Below, piece after piece: positions 37,655 to 51,107 of a DNA stretch of 64,000 nt. The first letter of the stretch is position 1. Each line of letters begins with the position of its first letter. Source of the DNA: Hyphochytrium catenoides (lineage: Eukaryota > Protista > Hyphochytriomycota); assembly GCA_900088475.1 (NCBI GenBank), contig FLMG01001070.1:62001-126000 (forward strand). The letters run 5' to 3'. Under the pieces are notes generated by a model that ran no database searches, had not been told where the DNA came from, and saw nothing but the letters and a program-made list of their open reading frames with translations. The translations under genes were made by a program, and so were the position numbers.

Positions 37655-38958
37655 TCATAGAGCAGCTGCTTTAGGTTGCACAGGCTTTCTCCCCACCATG
37701 AGATACATGGGGGTGAAAATTCCGGTGATACCTCCCCTAGCACAGCCCATGCCACCCTTCTGGAGCATCTGCTGGATCTTAGAAGTGCCCTTAGGGGCCA
37801 ACTTGGTAAACTCCAATAACTTCAGCAGCTCCGTCGTCAGCGTGAGCCCCACCGGATTAAACTGGAAGCGTTGGGTTAATGGGTTCCAGCTCGGTGTGAG
37901 CGGAGTATACCAGTGCTCGTTGTGTGCATCTAGCGCACAATCCCTAGCCTCAATCAGCTCAAAGCCAGCCTCGACAAGGGATTTCTTGACCTCATCAGTA
38001 CGAGCCATGTCAGGAAGGCCATCTCCTTCTTCAATCAGCTTCTTGATATGAACATGCTCCTCATTGTTCGGGTCGTATTTGTCCGTAAGGCACCATTCGT
38101 AGCAAGCAAATATAGCTCCTGGCTTCAAGACCCGGTAAATTTCTCCATACACTCCCTCCCTGCTTGGTGCATGACAGGTGGCCTCAATCGCGTAGACGCC
38201 GTCAAACGACTCCTTATCGAAAGGGAGCTTCATAAAATCACCCTGAACAAGTCGGCACTGCTTCGCAAGGCCAGCAGCAAGGTTCAACTGGTTACCACGC
38301 TTTACCTGAAAGCCGTTGATGGTGACCCCCGTGATATCACAGCCAGTGAAGCGTGCGATGTTCCGCATTGGACCGCCTATGCCACAGCCCGCGTCCAGAA
38401 GACGACCCCCAGCTGGAACACCCAGTCGACCAGCGAGATAATACTCATGACGGCGAATTGCTTCGTAGAAGTTCTCTCCGTCCTTGACGTGGGCGAAATG
38501 GAATGAGGAGCCCCAGCCCCATTCATAGAAGGATGTAGCCAGCTCATAGTAAGAATCTACAAGCTTGGAATAATTGCTTTCACGCTCCTCAACACCTCCC
38601 TTACTATCATCATGGAGATTATTATAGTCATCAATGGCGGAGTCCACCGTTTTACCCTCAGCATTCCATCTGAAGAAGCTTGTCAACAATGCGCCTGTCT
38701 TGATGATGGGTCTGAATATGAAGGATCTTTCGGGATTCTGGAAGCACGTTGGTCAGTTTCTTCCAAACCATCCTACTGCTTAGTCAATCATCTTACCGAG
38801 AAGATCGCGAGAATTGCACCCAGAATGATCGTAGACAGGATGATGAACACGAAGTTATCATGGAATATAACTGCAAGATCCGCTGTGACATTCTCAAGCA
38901 TCTGCCTGACTGGGTCCATGCTCATGAGAATGCCCGCCACCAACAGAATTGTAGGCAT
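37655..38958 (-). CDS. SMT: Sterol 24-C-methyltransferase (SMT/ERG6 family); exon 1 38958-38797, exon 2 38737-37655
   Basis: YYELATSFYEWGWGSSFHFA, LDAGCGIGGPMR, YAIEATCHAP, EIYRVLKPGAIFACYEW, IEEGDGLP, GIFTPMY; in-frame hydrophobic exon 1 across a 59-nt intron. Confidence 0.93.
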
Positions 38959-39815
38959 CTATTATGCAAGAGGTGGAGGCACTTGTCGTAAGTTACTCAG
39001 AGTCAAGGATGGTTTTAAGCTTCAGCGATACATTGACAACCGCCTACTCACCTTGGAACAAACTAGTTTGTTTCAGACGAAGAAACAGCTCCCCTTTCGA
39101 GTACCTTATAGATCAATCGTCTTTCTTAGCTCAGTACGACGCCGTCGGCTGCTACTCGTATGCAGCTCAGCCTTAAGTTCATCTCAGAAGAAAGCTCAAT
39201 GAAAGCTAAAGAGCCAAGGATCCAGCCGCACTGATGATCTTCACAGAGATTCTGTGGTTCCTCATGGTCCTGTCTCTACAATAGCAAACTCCTCGCCAAA
39301 CACATGCACACCCCCTAAAAGCGCTAACTTATGACTCTACCATCCCATAGTGAAGAAAGGGCAAAGCAAACCCACGCCACCAAATGTCAAACCCACTATG
39401 TCCAACCCTCCCCTTAACATTATGCCTTGGCTTTTTATCTCTAAAGTCAATGTCCTAAATCAGGGATTACATTGGTCAAGAATCAATCCTTGGTTATCTT
39501 TCGGAGGCGCTTCTCTAGTCTGGTTATTCCTGGCTCTCTGTGCCATTCATCGTGATTCGCATCTCCAACTGTTGAAGCTTCTGATGGAGCTTTATAATCC
39601 CATTGAGAGAGTGAGAGGCAGCCAGCGCGAAGCGCCATGTGTACCGCGACTGTGGGAGCTGGGGTCGGTCGATAGCGAACCCAAGAGTTGATTCCAGTCT
39701 CTTGGTGAGGCCAGAAGGAAGGTACAGGAGACCTTGCACTGATATACATTTTTGTGCCGATCTCCGCCCCGGTAGATCCATTGACGGTCCTTGCCTTTGA
39801 GCACAAAGTTGAAGT

Positions 39816-42800
39816 ATGTGGTCTATCTCAAGAGGCCTTCGGTCCACATCAGTAAACCGTGCTTTAAGGGTAGAAGGCCGACTGCGTGCCCATGATAGAG
39901 GATACCGCTCCATAGCTCCCAGCATCAAGTACTATCTACCTCACACCGAAAAGCGTGGCCCAGAACGAGAGGCCTCCATCCTTCAGCGGAAGCCTGGAGA
40001 CATTGTACATGGATTTGAGGTTCTAGGCTTAACGCCTGTTCCAGAGTACAAACTTCAGGTGGTTCAACTAAAGCACAAAGCCACAGGAGCCGACTACGTC
40101 CATGTGGATGCAAATGACCTGAACAACGCCTTCAGGTAGACAAGCGACCTTTCTCTTTTATATTCCTCCTCCTCGTACTGCACATTCGGTTTGCCATCTC
40201 CGGCCCTTCCTTTATCGTGTCATATTGATCCTGATGCCATTCTTGGCTAAGTGGGCTTAGGATCTTTCGTCTGGCGCGTCTTTTTGCTGTACATGTCCAA
40301 CCTATGTCTCTGCCCTCTCTGTCTCCTCCTTCTTCAATCATAGTTCCAACCTAGCTTCTTGCTGACCCTCGCTCGTTTGACTCCTTCTGCCGTCTGTTCT
40401 GCTTCCATCGCCCTACCATGGACCCATCTTGCAGCATTATCTTCAAGACGCCGCCAAGCGACTCCACAGGGGTGCCGCACATCCTAGAGCACTCTGTCCT
40501 GTGCGGGTCAAGGACCTTCCCTACACGGGATCCGTTCTTCAACATGCTGAAGCGGAGCTTGAACACCTTCATGAACGCAATGACCGCCAGCGACCACACG
40601 ATGTACCCGTTTGCCACCACAAACGAGACAGACTTTGCCAACCTGATGGCCGTGTACCTTGATGCTGTCTTCTTTCCTAACCTTCGAGAGCTGGATTTTA
40701 AGCAAGAAGGACATCGATTAGAGCTTTCAGATCCTCAAGATCTGGCATCATCCCTGGTTACTAAGGTGAGAGAAGAAATGAAGAGTAATGAAGCGAATAG
40801 AGGCTTGTGGAAAGAGACATAAGCGATAAACTGCAGAAACACTTTGGCTGTCGGGAATCATCAGATACACCTCTGATGTCTCTCCTCTTATCGTGCGTTC
40901 TTCTTCCTCAAGTCTATTCGTCGCTTGCTTCTTACGTATGAATCTTCACTCTGTTCATCAGCCGTGTTTTCTGGTCCCAATAAGCGTTATCTCTGCCTCT
41001 CGTCCGTTGCCCTGTCTCAGGCTCCTCTTCCACGACCTTAGTTTACCGGTGTAGCTGTCTAAACTCCTCTCAAACCCTTAGGGCGTCGTATATAATGAAA
41101 TGAAGGGAACGATGTCCGACGTGAATCAGCTCTTTGCAACTCGGCTTCAGCAACTTGTCTACCCAGAAGGAGTGTATAGGTAACGTTGTTATCTGCCGCC
41201 GTTTTCTCCTCCTCTCCTGCACATTTCGTTGGGCTGCATTGTCTCTTGAGGCTCTGTTCGGCGCCATCTCTTGAGCCTCGGATTCCGACTCTATAGGTCT
41301 TCTAGAGGTTCCTTTGTTTACCATGAAATAACTTGTTCGCCTTCCCGCGCTTCTCATATGTCCCACTCTCTCGGCAGCCACGATAGCGGCGGTGACCCTG
41401 TGGAGATCCCTAAGCTAACTTGGGATGGCTTACGTGCCTTTCATAAAAAGTTCTATCATCCCTCAAACTGCCTGTTCTACTCTTATGGCGACCTCCCTGT
41501 TGAGCGCCATTTGCAATATTTGGATGCAGATGTTCTCTCCCATTTTCACTTTGACGAGGCGTCACGGGCTGTTACTGTTGATCCAGGCCCAGGTTTGAAG
41601 CAAGCCGTCAGGTAGAGACTAACTCCGTCCAATTTCATCTGGCAAAAGGTTTGCAAGTCCTTCGGTTGCCATTTGCTGTCTTCTCTGTGGATTGTTTTCT
41701 AAATCCAAACTTTAAAGTGGAGACTTTCCTGCAAGAGTCTCATACCATTTCTCCATCAAAGAGCTGTAGAGCGAGGTCCCCCTGATATGATGAGTGAAGA
41801 GGTGGAGCGCCAGGTCCGCGTCTGTCAGGCCAGAGCCCTGGAAACCTTAGCGCCATCTGCCTATGATCCCTATGAAAGCCTGGTGGTGCGGTTAATCTCT
41901 GTGCTTCTACTAAATGGACCCGCGGCGCCTCTATACAAGGCTCTAATTGAGTCGGGGCTCGCTACGGACTACTCACCAGGCACCGGGCTGGATGGTTCGA
42001 CTCTAATCCCTTCGTTTGGAGTTGGTGTTCAGGGAACCACCGAGGACGTTGTAGATAAGGTATGCTAAGCCAAAGAGCACAGACGTCTATGCCACTAGGA
42101 AGAAAATAGAAGCTAAGCTGCGCCTTTGCTGCAGATTCTAGAGACAATCCAGGAGACTTTCCAGGCAGTCGTGCATGCGGGTTTTGACCGGGATCGCGTG
42201 GAGTCCATCCTGCATCAGGTCCGTGTTTAGTCCTTCCCTTCCCTTGTGCCATATTAAGCCTCTCCGCAACTCGCCGAGCACGTAGACGCAGGGCTTTTCT
42301 AATTGATACACTCACACATTCCATTCGGGGCGGAGGCCTCGATTGGATGAAAATGTCTACAAGAGCTAACCGGGTTTGTTTCTCCCTTTCCGATGGCCAC
42401 GACAGATTGAACTGGGACAGAAGCATCTAAAATCTGACTTCGGCATCTCTACAATGTACGGAGTGGCCGCCCAGTGGACGTATGGCCGCGACATTCTGGA
42501 TGCGGTTATGGCGGAGAAGTATATCTCTAGGCTCACTGAGGACGTAAAGGACCCCGAGTTCTTGAAGAATAAGTTCAGGGACCACTTTCTGAACTCCACA
42601 TCGCCATCGGCAACCCTCATCATGAAACCAGATCCTGACTTCGTCAGCAAAGCGGAAGAGGAAGAACAAAGACGGATGGAGGAGAAGAAGAGGATGTTGA
42701 CGGAGGAAGACTTGAGAAGGCTAGTAGAGGATGCCAAGAAACTGGCAGCTGAGCAGGATAAGAAGTCCGATACAACCTGTCTCCCTTCTCTTTCTATGAC

Positions 42801-45174
42801 AGACATATCTCCCAACGCCATCTCTCCAACTGTACTGAAAGATAAACTCTATGTCGGAGAGGGCGAGAGAGGAAGGACCAACATTCCCATTCAATGGGTG
42901 CCCTTCAACACCAATGGCGTAGTCTACATGCGCTTTACGGTGGATGCCAGTGCAGTACCCAATGAGCTCAAGCAGTACCTTCCCCTCTTTTCTACCTTTT
43001 TAACCCAGTTGGGGGCAGGAACGATGAACCATGCGGAATTCTCTACTCATCTTAGCAGATATACTGGAGGCATAAGCACCTCCTCTCTCATAGAACCAAA
43101 CTTGCATGATGCCTCACAGTGCTCGGAGTACTTTTATTGGTCAACATACTGTTTGGAGAGGTATAAGTGCTATGCCAGCCATTGTGGACTTTCCCTGTCG
43201 CGTATCTCCTCACTTCCTTGTCATCGCTATTTTCAACTTTGGCATTGGAGGGCGCAAATGGCCTGCGTAGATTCTTTCGTCTTCGTGCTTTAAAGAGTTC
43301 TCCACTTCTCCTTCACGCATATTACGTATAAGCATACACTCGAAACGTGTCGCGCAGGAGCTCAAGCTCTTTCACTGCTTCCACAGGAATGTCCCTGCTG
43401 CCTTTGATATTTTGACGAAGCTGTTCCTTGAGCCCAGATGGGATAACAAGGAGCACATGTTCAATCATTTGCTGCAGCTAGCAGCAGCTGCAAGCGAATC
43501 CATAGCCCAACATGGTAGGAAGCGATTGTCTGAGGCTTTTAACACCTTGCTGTATCCTCATGGCTTACACTAGTTTTTCTTCACTTGATGTCAATGACAC
43601 TTCAGTTGGACTGTCCCTCCTCTTTGACAAGTCAGTGTTTCACTCTTCGTGCTGTGTTATTGCTTCAAGGCCTCGTCCCTGGCTTGTCAACTTGTTTCCG
43701 ATTTTGAGTTGATGAAGGTGAGGTCCTTGCCATGGAAAGTCGACGTGACGTCTCATTGTACCTCTGCCCTCTACACTATCTATTGCATTGTTTGCAGGGA
43801 GTGGCTATGCGCGAAGAATGGCGACGGCAATGATCTCGCGGGTACACTCTCTAAAAAACGAACAAGCTGGGCTGCCTTTTGTCGAGTTTCTGCAAAGAGA
43901 AGCGGAGAAAGCAGGCTATGAGTCCCCGAATGACGGGGCCCTTGAGGAAATGGGGAGGAAGATGAGAGAGATTGGGCGACTTCTTCTGACCAGAGACACT
44001 CTTAGGGCCTCAATCGTCTGTGAGGAGAAGCAGAGACCAGGCATAGAAAGTGGACTGCGGTCTTTCATTTCTTCTCTTCCATCACGCCCTCATGCCGAAC
44101 CAGCTGATCAGAACGAGCCTGCGCACTTCTCTCCTATTTTCAAAAAGAAGTACATACCTGCCCCTTTGCCAGTCAATTTTGTAGCGTTGACAGTCCCATC
44201 TGCAGCCTATATGGATAATGAACATCCCTATCTTGAGGTGCTGGCGCAGGTGAGCCGATACAGAAAAATTATTATTCCGACCCCGGCAAACATCCGGTCT
44301 ACTTCTGTGGCGTGCTGTCCTTTGTTTCCGCGCTCTCTACCTTTGGTTTCTGAATGACGTCCTCTGCCACCACGTTCTCCCCAATGCGGTCTTTGGCCTA
44401 ACAATTCTAATGTGTTGAACCCACTCTGTCACAGCTAATTGGCTCTTGCTACCTGCATCGAGAGGTTAGAGAGAAAGGGGGTGCATATGGCGTGGGTGCC
44501 GATCAGGTAGGCGACACTTGTCAAGTCTTTCGGTTCTGAATGGCAATCAGCGACTCCATCTTGTGCGCCCACATTTGGTCTCCATGCCCTTCATAGATGA
44601 GCCACCGCGCTAACTAAGCTATTTTACTGATGGGTTCATACAGAGCGACGGCGTCTTTACCATGAGCTCTTTCTACGATCCTCATGTGGTAGAGACGCTG
44701 GAGGCCTACCAAAGATCTTTAAGCTGGGCTGCAAACGGCTCGTTCTCCGACAGAGATGTGGAGGAGGCTCTTCTCCCGATCTTTGGGGAGCTTGATGCCC
44801 CGCACTCTCCGTCATCAAAGGGATATCCTGAGTTCGTCTATGGTATGACACATGAGATCAGGCAGAATCGAAGGAACGTATTGCTAGGTACAACCAAAGA
44901 CAAGCTTGTTAGGACTGCTGAAAGGTAAGTAGCTGGGGGAGTAGCTGCTGACTCAAAAGCACGAGGGATGATGGAGCCAAGTAGGTGTTGGGGTTTGACC
45001 AGCGCAATCGGCGGCATTGAAATCGAGCGAGCTGACAACTTTATTTTTATCACTGTTGCTTGCAGCTTGCTGGAGCGAAGCAAAAATCAAGCAGTGGCAG
45101 TTCTAGGCCAGGCAGAGGCCATACAATCTAAAGAGAGCCCCTACCAAGACTGGGATGTCTCAGCCAACTCTTAA
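39816..45174 (+). CDS. PITRM1: Mitochondrial presequence protease (M16C; PreP/PITRM1/Cym1)
   Basis: Arg/Ser-rich presequence; [23 protein letters not shown] (HxxEH), [58 protein letters not shown]. Confidence 0.94.
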
Positions 45175-45794
45175 TAAGGAGTAGCGGAGTAAGATACATA
45201 ACACACAGGCACACAGGGCTCTCTGGTTGCGACCATGGCAACGAAATGCAAATAGGCAGACTACATTGTGTCGTTATGGGTTTCAAAGCTGCAGTCGCAC
45301 ATAGGACAGCTATTTATCGGTGTACCTGGCTACAGCTCGGGACCAAGATCCTCTTACGTTACTCGGAGATCTTAGGGTTCCGTGCATGGGCCTTGGAATG
45401 CAAGGAAGGGGAAGCGTGAGATTTCGAAAAGAGGCAAGGACCGCCATAGCTCCCGCTGCGCGTCGTTAGGCCACCGCTTGGGTGGTTGAAGGTTAAGATA
45501 GGTATCACGGGACTGATCATCAATTTTAGGGAATAGATTGGCACGCTGATATAGTCATAGACAAGCCTCTGCTCGGCCCATTCTTATGCTGCCTAAGTTC
45601 AACTCAAAACCCCTAGCTTGCATTGACTCCACTTGTCGTGAAGTTCTATACCCCAGTGCTTCTATCCTGCTCCTAACTGCAAGAAAGACTAAAGGACATA
45701 GACGAACATATAGCTGAGCGATACTCATAGCTCCCTTACCTCTCTATTCTTTTCAGGAGCTCTCTGCACTATATTTGAGCCAGAGAAACCGTGA

Positions 45795-46919
45795 TCACTT
45801 TTGCGCGGCTAGAGTATTGGCGTACTTTGTTAGGTCATGGTCATCTACATTCCCTGAGAAGGAGAAAGATGGGAAGTTCTCTTCTTCTCTGACCACCTGG
45901 CCGCCGGTTAGATGGATCGACAGTCCCCAATGGATGAAGGGGTTTGTAGGAACGCTAGGGACCAAGTCTCTTTCGTTGACAAGCCGGAACTTGGTCGTTA
46001 TGTTCCTGACATTGAGCCACTCGCGCGGTCTCGCTGACCCTTTAGAGAGGTGTCGCGGCTCACCAAAGGTGTAGATTGTAAGATAAGGGTTCCTCCCATT
46101 GCTCTGATCTCTGATGCGAGATAGGTCGTAGACCTTTTCTTCGGCGTCATTTAGGTCCAACGTCTCATCTAAGACAAATTGCACAGCCATCAAAGAGGCC
46201 AACGCAGCCCCTCTAGAGTGGCCAGTAAGGATGAGAGACCGTGAAGGAGAGGAGAGACAATCTCTAACGTCGTTAAGAAAAGGCGTGCTAGCCGAGCCGG
46301 AAAATCGGAAGTTATCGTAGGCGAGTTTGAAGCCTCTATGGCTGTACATCATGATATCGCCCTGTCCTTTGTTCTTCCTGAAGTCCGCCCAGGATGGGTT
46401 AAGGTTGCCATCTACTCCGACCCAGTTAGAATTGGTGGAGCCACGAAACGCGACGTAGCAGGCGGTGGAAGAGATACCAAGGAGTGCATAGTCTGATGCG
46501 ACGGAGTAGCCTTTGTAGGAAGTGATGCCGAGGTCTGTGAGGTTCAGAGAAGCTCCTGACGAGGCTTGAGAGGCACGTTGGGAGAGGACGGCTAACTTGG
46601 AGGCTAAAGCTCCGTCATAGGATTGCAACAGCTCTTCGCTCTTCAGTGGCTCAGCAAAGAAACTGATACCAGCAGTCTCATCGTCGAATTGCTGTCTCTC
46701 CTCCTCAGTTAGCAAGTCATCGTCGTGAAGCTGGACATCCTGAGCGTCACCCATAATGCCTTGTGGAACGCGCAAAAGGATAGCGGTAGACTGCAGGATC
46801 CGACCGTCAGCGGGCACCCCTCTGAGCACCTCCTGCTTTGCTGCATCGCTATTAAGCTGCCAGGCTCCCACCAGAAGGCCGAAAAGGCAGAGATTGTACC
46901 GTGGAGCTCGGAACCTCAT
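45795..46919 (-). CDS. Secreted class 3 (fungal-type) lipase, intronless
   Basis: Signal-like N-terminus; VAFRGS, HRGF, LILTGHSRGAALA (nucleophile Ser), YTFGEPR, RLVNERDLVPSVP (Asp), DDHDLTKY (His). Confidence 0.88.
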   Translation of the reverse strand: MRFRAPRYNLCLFGLLVGAWQLNSDAAKQEVLRGVPADGRILQSTAILLRVPQGIMGDAQDVQLHDDDLLTEEERQQFDDETAGISFFAEPLKSEELLQSYDGALASKLAVLSQRASQASSGASLNLTDLGITSYKGYSVASDYALLGISSTACYVAFRGSTNSNWVGVDGNLNPSWADFRKNKGQGDIMMYSHRGFKLAYDNFRFSGSASTPFLNDVRDCLSSPSRSLILTGHSRGAALASLMAVQFVLDETLDLNDAEEKVYDLSRIRDQSNGRNPYLTIYTFGEPRHLSKGSARPREWLNVRNITTKFRLVNERDLVPSVPTNPFIHWGLSIHLTGGQVVREEENFPSFSFSGNVDDHDLTKYANTLAAQK

Positions 46920-49900
46920 AATTCGGAAGACGTTTGAACCAAGGGCAGAGCTGCTAATCTTCCGATGGTGTCCGTGAAGAAAGTAAGTGAGGACAAGACT
47001 TAGAGGCGGCGTTTAGCAGGGAGGCTTAAAAGGGCTTGTGCCCTGATCGGCTAAAGAGAAAGTGTGTCTCTGTCCGCTTTCAAGAGTAAGGAAACACATG
47101 CAAGGAGGAGGATATGAAGGTGACAAGGACAGTTGCATAGTATAGCACGAGAAGAAAGTAGTAGCGAGGAAAGGTGACCAAAAGAGAGTCTAGGCAGTGT
47201 GAGTCTGGATCCTGAAGTTGTCGGTGCCTTTGCCTCCTTCTCCTTCAGGCTAATGAAGTTTGACTGCTGCAGCTCCAACGGTAACTTGAAGTTCAGACGA
47301 CCAAGGCCAGTAACCATCGAGGATTTAAGAAGGATTAAGCTCACAGTCTTTGAGGCTTGACGAGCAAGTAGCAGCCAACAACGATGGCGCGCTGAGTGAG
47401 CACCTATAACATGTAAGTGGCCTAATGCCATGTAGATGTAACAGCTCTTTCTCCTTGGTCCGTCTCTGCTTTCCAATCCTCCGGAGGACGTGAGGAGGCC
47501 AAAAGAGATGCAAGTAAGATGGTCACAAGGCGAAACGGAAGTGAAACAAGTTGACACCGAGGAAAGCGCTAGTAGGAGACGATGACGTCTGTGAGAGCTG
47601 ACACACTTTGGGGAGAAGAAGAAGCAACAACTAACGTGAAGAGATGATATAAGAAGCCCCACGCCAGAAACGGCATTGAGGATTGAACGGTTCAGAACTA
47701 GAACACGAGGACTAAACGAAAAGGCAGAAGGCGGAGAGAAAACCGAAGAGAGAGAAAGCGGAAGAGAGAGGAGAATGGAAGACGGAGACCAGACGAGGAG
47801 GGCTGATAACGATGCCACGTATCTCATTTTAGTACGACAGAAAACTTTTAGAGAAGGGGTCAAAGAGGCAAGCGCCACAAGCTCTCTGGCAAGGAGACTC
47901 GATAAGAAACTACCCATGCCAGAGTAGCATCAAGAACAGCCACGGACATATGCCATAAAGCCGTTGGAGAGGAAGGCCTTCGTGCTTGTGGTGAAAGCGC
48001 ACGGTAGCAAGCGAAGGACAGAATGCACGGACAGAAGAAAGGGGATGCAAGACCAGTTCAGGAAAGCTTGGGCCGTTTCTTCTTTCCATTCTTTATAACC
48101 AAAAATTCCATGACCATCATCTTCTCCTTGGCACACTTGCCTGCCAACGGTCGGATCCAACGGACCTGCTGGAGAAACTGAGGGCTGAGCAGAAGCTAGG
48201 AGGAGGAGGAGAAACAGTTTTACGAGGAGTAGACTATGGACAAGGACTAGAATTGGTCACCAAGAGAGCGAGACAGAACAACAGCTCGATAGGGGGATCC
48301 AAGGACGATCAAACACAGTGCGGAGTGGTGCCCCGTTCTGGCTACTTTTCATCTCTCTTTGTTCAACAAGAGCTTGTGGGGTTAGTAGAAGGCAGGGGGA
48401 GGTAGGGTTGACTTATCATAGGAGAAGAGAGGCAACCGCTTCTAGCTTCGCTTTCCTTATTAGAAGAGTAGTTTAGAAGGGCCAGCCTAGGTTTATAGAT
48501 ACTTCTGGGAGCCAAGGCACTCTTGTCCGTTCTGAAAGTAGTTTCAAAGAAAGCAAGGAGAACGAGCATTCTCAGTGTTGAAGAAGTGAGTCATAGGATA
48601 GGTCAGCTATCCGGTTGAGTGAGTTCAGTCTTCCTGTTGAACTTCAGCTCCTCTTCGAGAACTTATTTCTAGACAATAGACCCACTTGGCAGGGGACTGG
48701 GGACTACATTCCAACGGCAACAACGTCAGGGAAACTACGCCCGCCGCCTAAGGAAACGCGAAACGCGTAATCGTCGGTTGAGACCTAGAACACTGTCAGA
48801 CTCCCTAGTTTGCAGCAGAGTGTATGCCACTTGGTCCATTCTTGTTGTTCTTCAACCTTCTAAATCCTTCTGCTAGCGTAGTTCTACCTATCCTCTCCTA
48901 CTCTAATATAAGGACATTGTGGACGGGTGTTCTAGCGTGCGGTACAGCCATCAACAAATCATTATTGATCATTGCTCCCTTGGTCTTGCGACCTTGCAAG
49001 ACCGCTGCACGTGGCTCCGTGTCATCTTAGACGGATCCGTTACCTTCCGCCAGTTGAACCTCAAAGACAGGAACGGCGATTGTTCTGCCTACTTCTTAGT
49101 CCTCAACTTGCCCTTCTGCTTAGCGTAGTAGCCCAGAACTTCTCGTTTGGGGAATAAGCGTCACATAGAGAAACAGTGTACATGTAAAACAGTAGTTGTA
49201 GAGAGTCGTGAGCTAGGGGAGATATTATGCTGAAGATCCTTTCGGCCGGACTGTTCATTTGTCATTCCTTGCTTCAAGCTTCAAGACTCCAGACTTTGGA
49301 TCCCGACTAACTAAAGACTAGATAAATGGCATGGTGGATCATAAAAGGACACTGTCAGGAAGCCGCGGGAGCTGTGCAGCAGTGCGGAAGTCAAGGGCAA
49401 AAGGAAGAGTGAAAGGGAGCAGCGAGAGCTGTTGCTATGGCGTTACTAGGAGTGTTTAGGAGAGACGGAAAGAGTTATCGAGACACAGCCCTGAGTTGAT
49501 GAATGTGACCAAGGCCTGACGGCGCGTGCGTAAGAGTGAATAATAAGGGGAAGAGACCCTGTGCTCAGTGGCAGCAAGGTCAGTACGCTCAATAGAGTCT
49601 TTAGGTACAAGCGCTTTCTCCTTGTAGAGCCCAAATGCTGATATTCAAAAGCAGACAAAGATTTTGCGAATCTCGTCCTCAATCTTCTTAGCTCAAGCAG
49701 TATCATAAGCCAACGCTTGTATGGCGGCCAGGAATATGATCAAGATCAGTTGAACGAGCTTCTAGGAAGGGAGTCCGTGAAGAGAAGAGTGATGCTTCTT
49801 GGCCACAGCTCACGGCCTCTCAAAAACCTCGAAATAGGACAATATGGCTGGTACCGCACGACGGAATAGCCCCTTCGCTTATCTTCGCGAAGCCGAGCGT

Positions 49901-51107
49901 TACCTATTGCCGGAGAAGGTGAGAAGGGGTAGAAGTGTGGATGAAGGAGCGTTTAGTAGGATCGGTCTGAAGCATCAAATAGACTATGACGGTGTGGTTG
50001 CGAGTGAGATTAGGTGCCAACATTACATCTATAGCTCACTGCATAGTAAGTCCTTAGAGTTGGCGGCAAAACAGCCTGACCCGTTCATACGTGGTTTCAG
50101 TAAGAGATAGTGAATAGCACTAGGAGCTTCTGCTAAGATACAGTGCATAGTACTTGGGAGGTTCTGGGGGGGAAGAAGCACATGGTTAAGCGAGGATGTG
50201 GAGCAGTCTACTTTGGCGACTTGAGACACATATAGAAAGCCCAATGGTAAGTTTGATGTGGGCACGTCATGATCATGAAAGCACTGCAGCCTCTGTACAC
50301 TAGGTAAAGAGGGGCCTTGCAACTATTGGCCGATTGATATAATAATCACATAACGAGCTACACTCTCAAAAGTAAAAGACAATCTTCTCGTGACATCGAC
50401 AGGGTGGTAAAGAGGGACACTGCGACGGGATGAAGGATGAAATTGCCTTTTGTGCCTTATTTCTCATTCTTCTTTAGTAGTCCTTGTCGTGCAGGTAGGT
50501 CAAGAAGCCAGCGGAGGTTAGGGTCCCTCGCTGCTTCTATCGCCGTAACGTCAGGTCCTCCAGCAGAAGATTTCGAAGAGTATCAGACAGTGCGAGAAGG
50601 TTTGCGTGGCTGCTGAGGCGCGCATACGTCCAGGGCATACAAACATCATAAAAAATTATTCCCACCGGTGACCTCCACAACTTCTCCTCTCTATGACTTT
50701 TGACTAGCTTGAAATAGGTAGTCTTTCCTTTGTCCATACGAGTCTTTATGTAGGCTCTTCAGTTCCTTGGCCATCCCCGTTCGAGAAGTTTTGGACCCTT
50801 TCTGCCTCGATGGTCTTCACGGAGAACCTGGGACACACTTATCAGCAGGGCCCACTCTCCAGGAAACGGTTGCAGATGTGCCTCAGACGACTCGAAGGTC
50901 CACCTCCAATCTCTTTGTTTAGCCAAATACTGAAAAGTCTGAGGGCGTAAAGAGGTCCAGCAAGGCAGCCAGGAACTGTCTCTTCACCGGTCACAGGAGC
51001 TTTTATAGTTCCCAATAGGTTCGCCCTTATAGTGCCGGCGCAGGAACTGTAGATCAGATAACAGTATGAGACGTGGGACAATGGGTTATTGACCCCATGT
51101 GGTCCTC

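Noticed and set aside
38612-39202. 196-aa plus-strand ORF
   Set aside because: Antisense shadow of the SMT 5' exons
47051-47917. 288-aa Leu/Ser-rich minus-strand ORF
   Set aside because: Pyrimidine-biased low-complexity composition, no motifs; no transposase or RT signature found to call a mobile element
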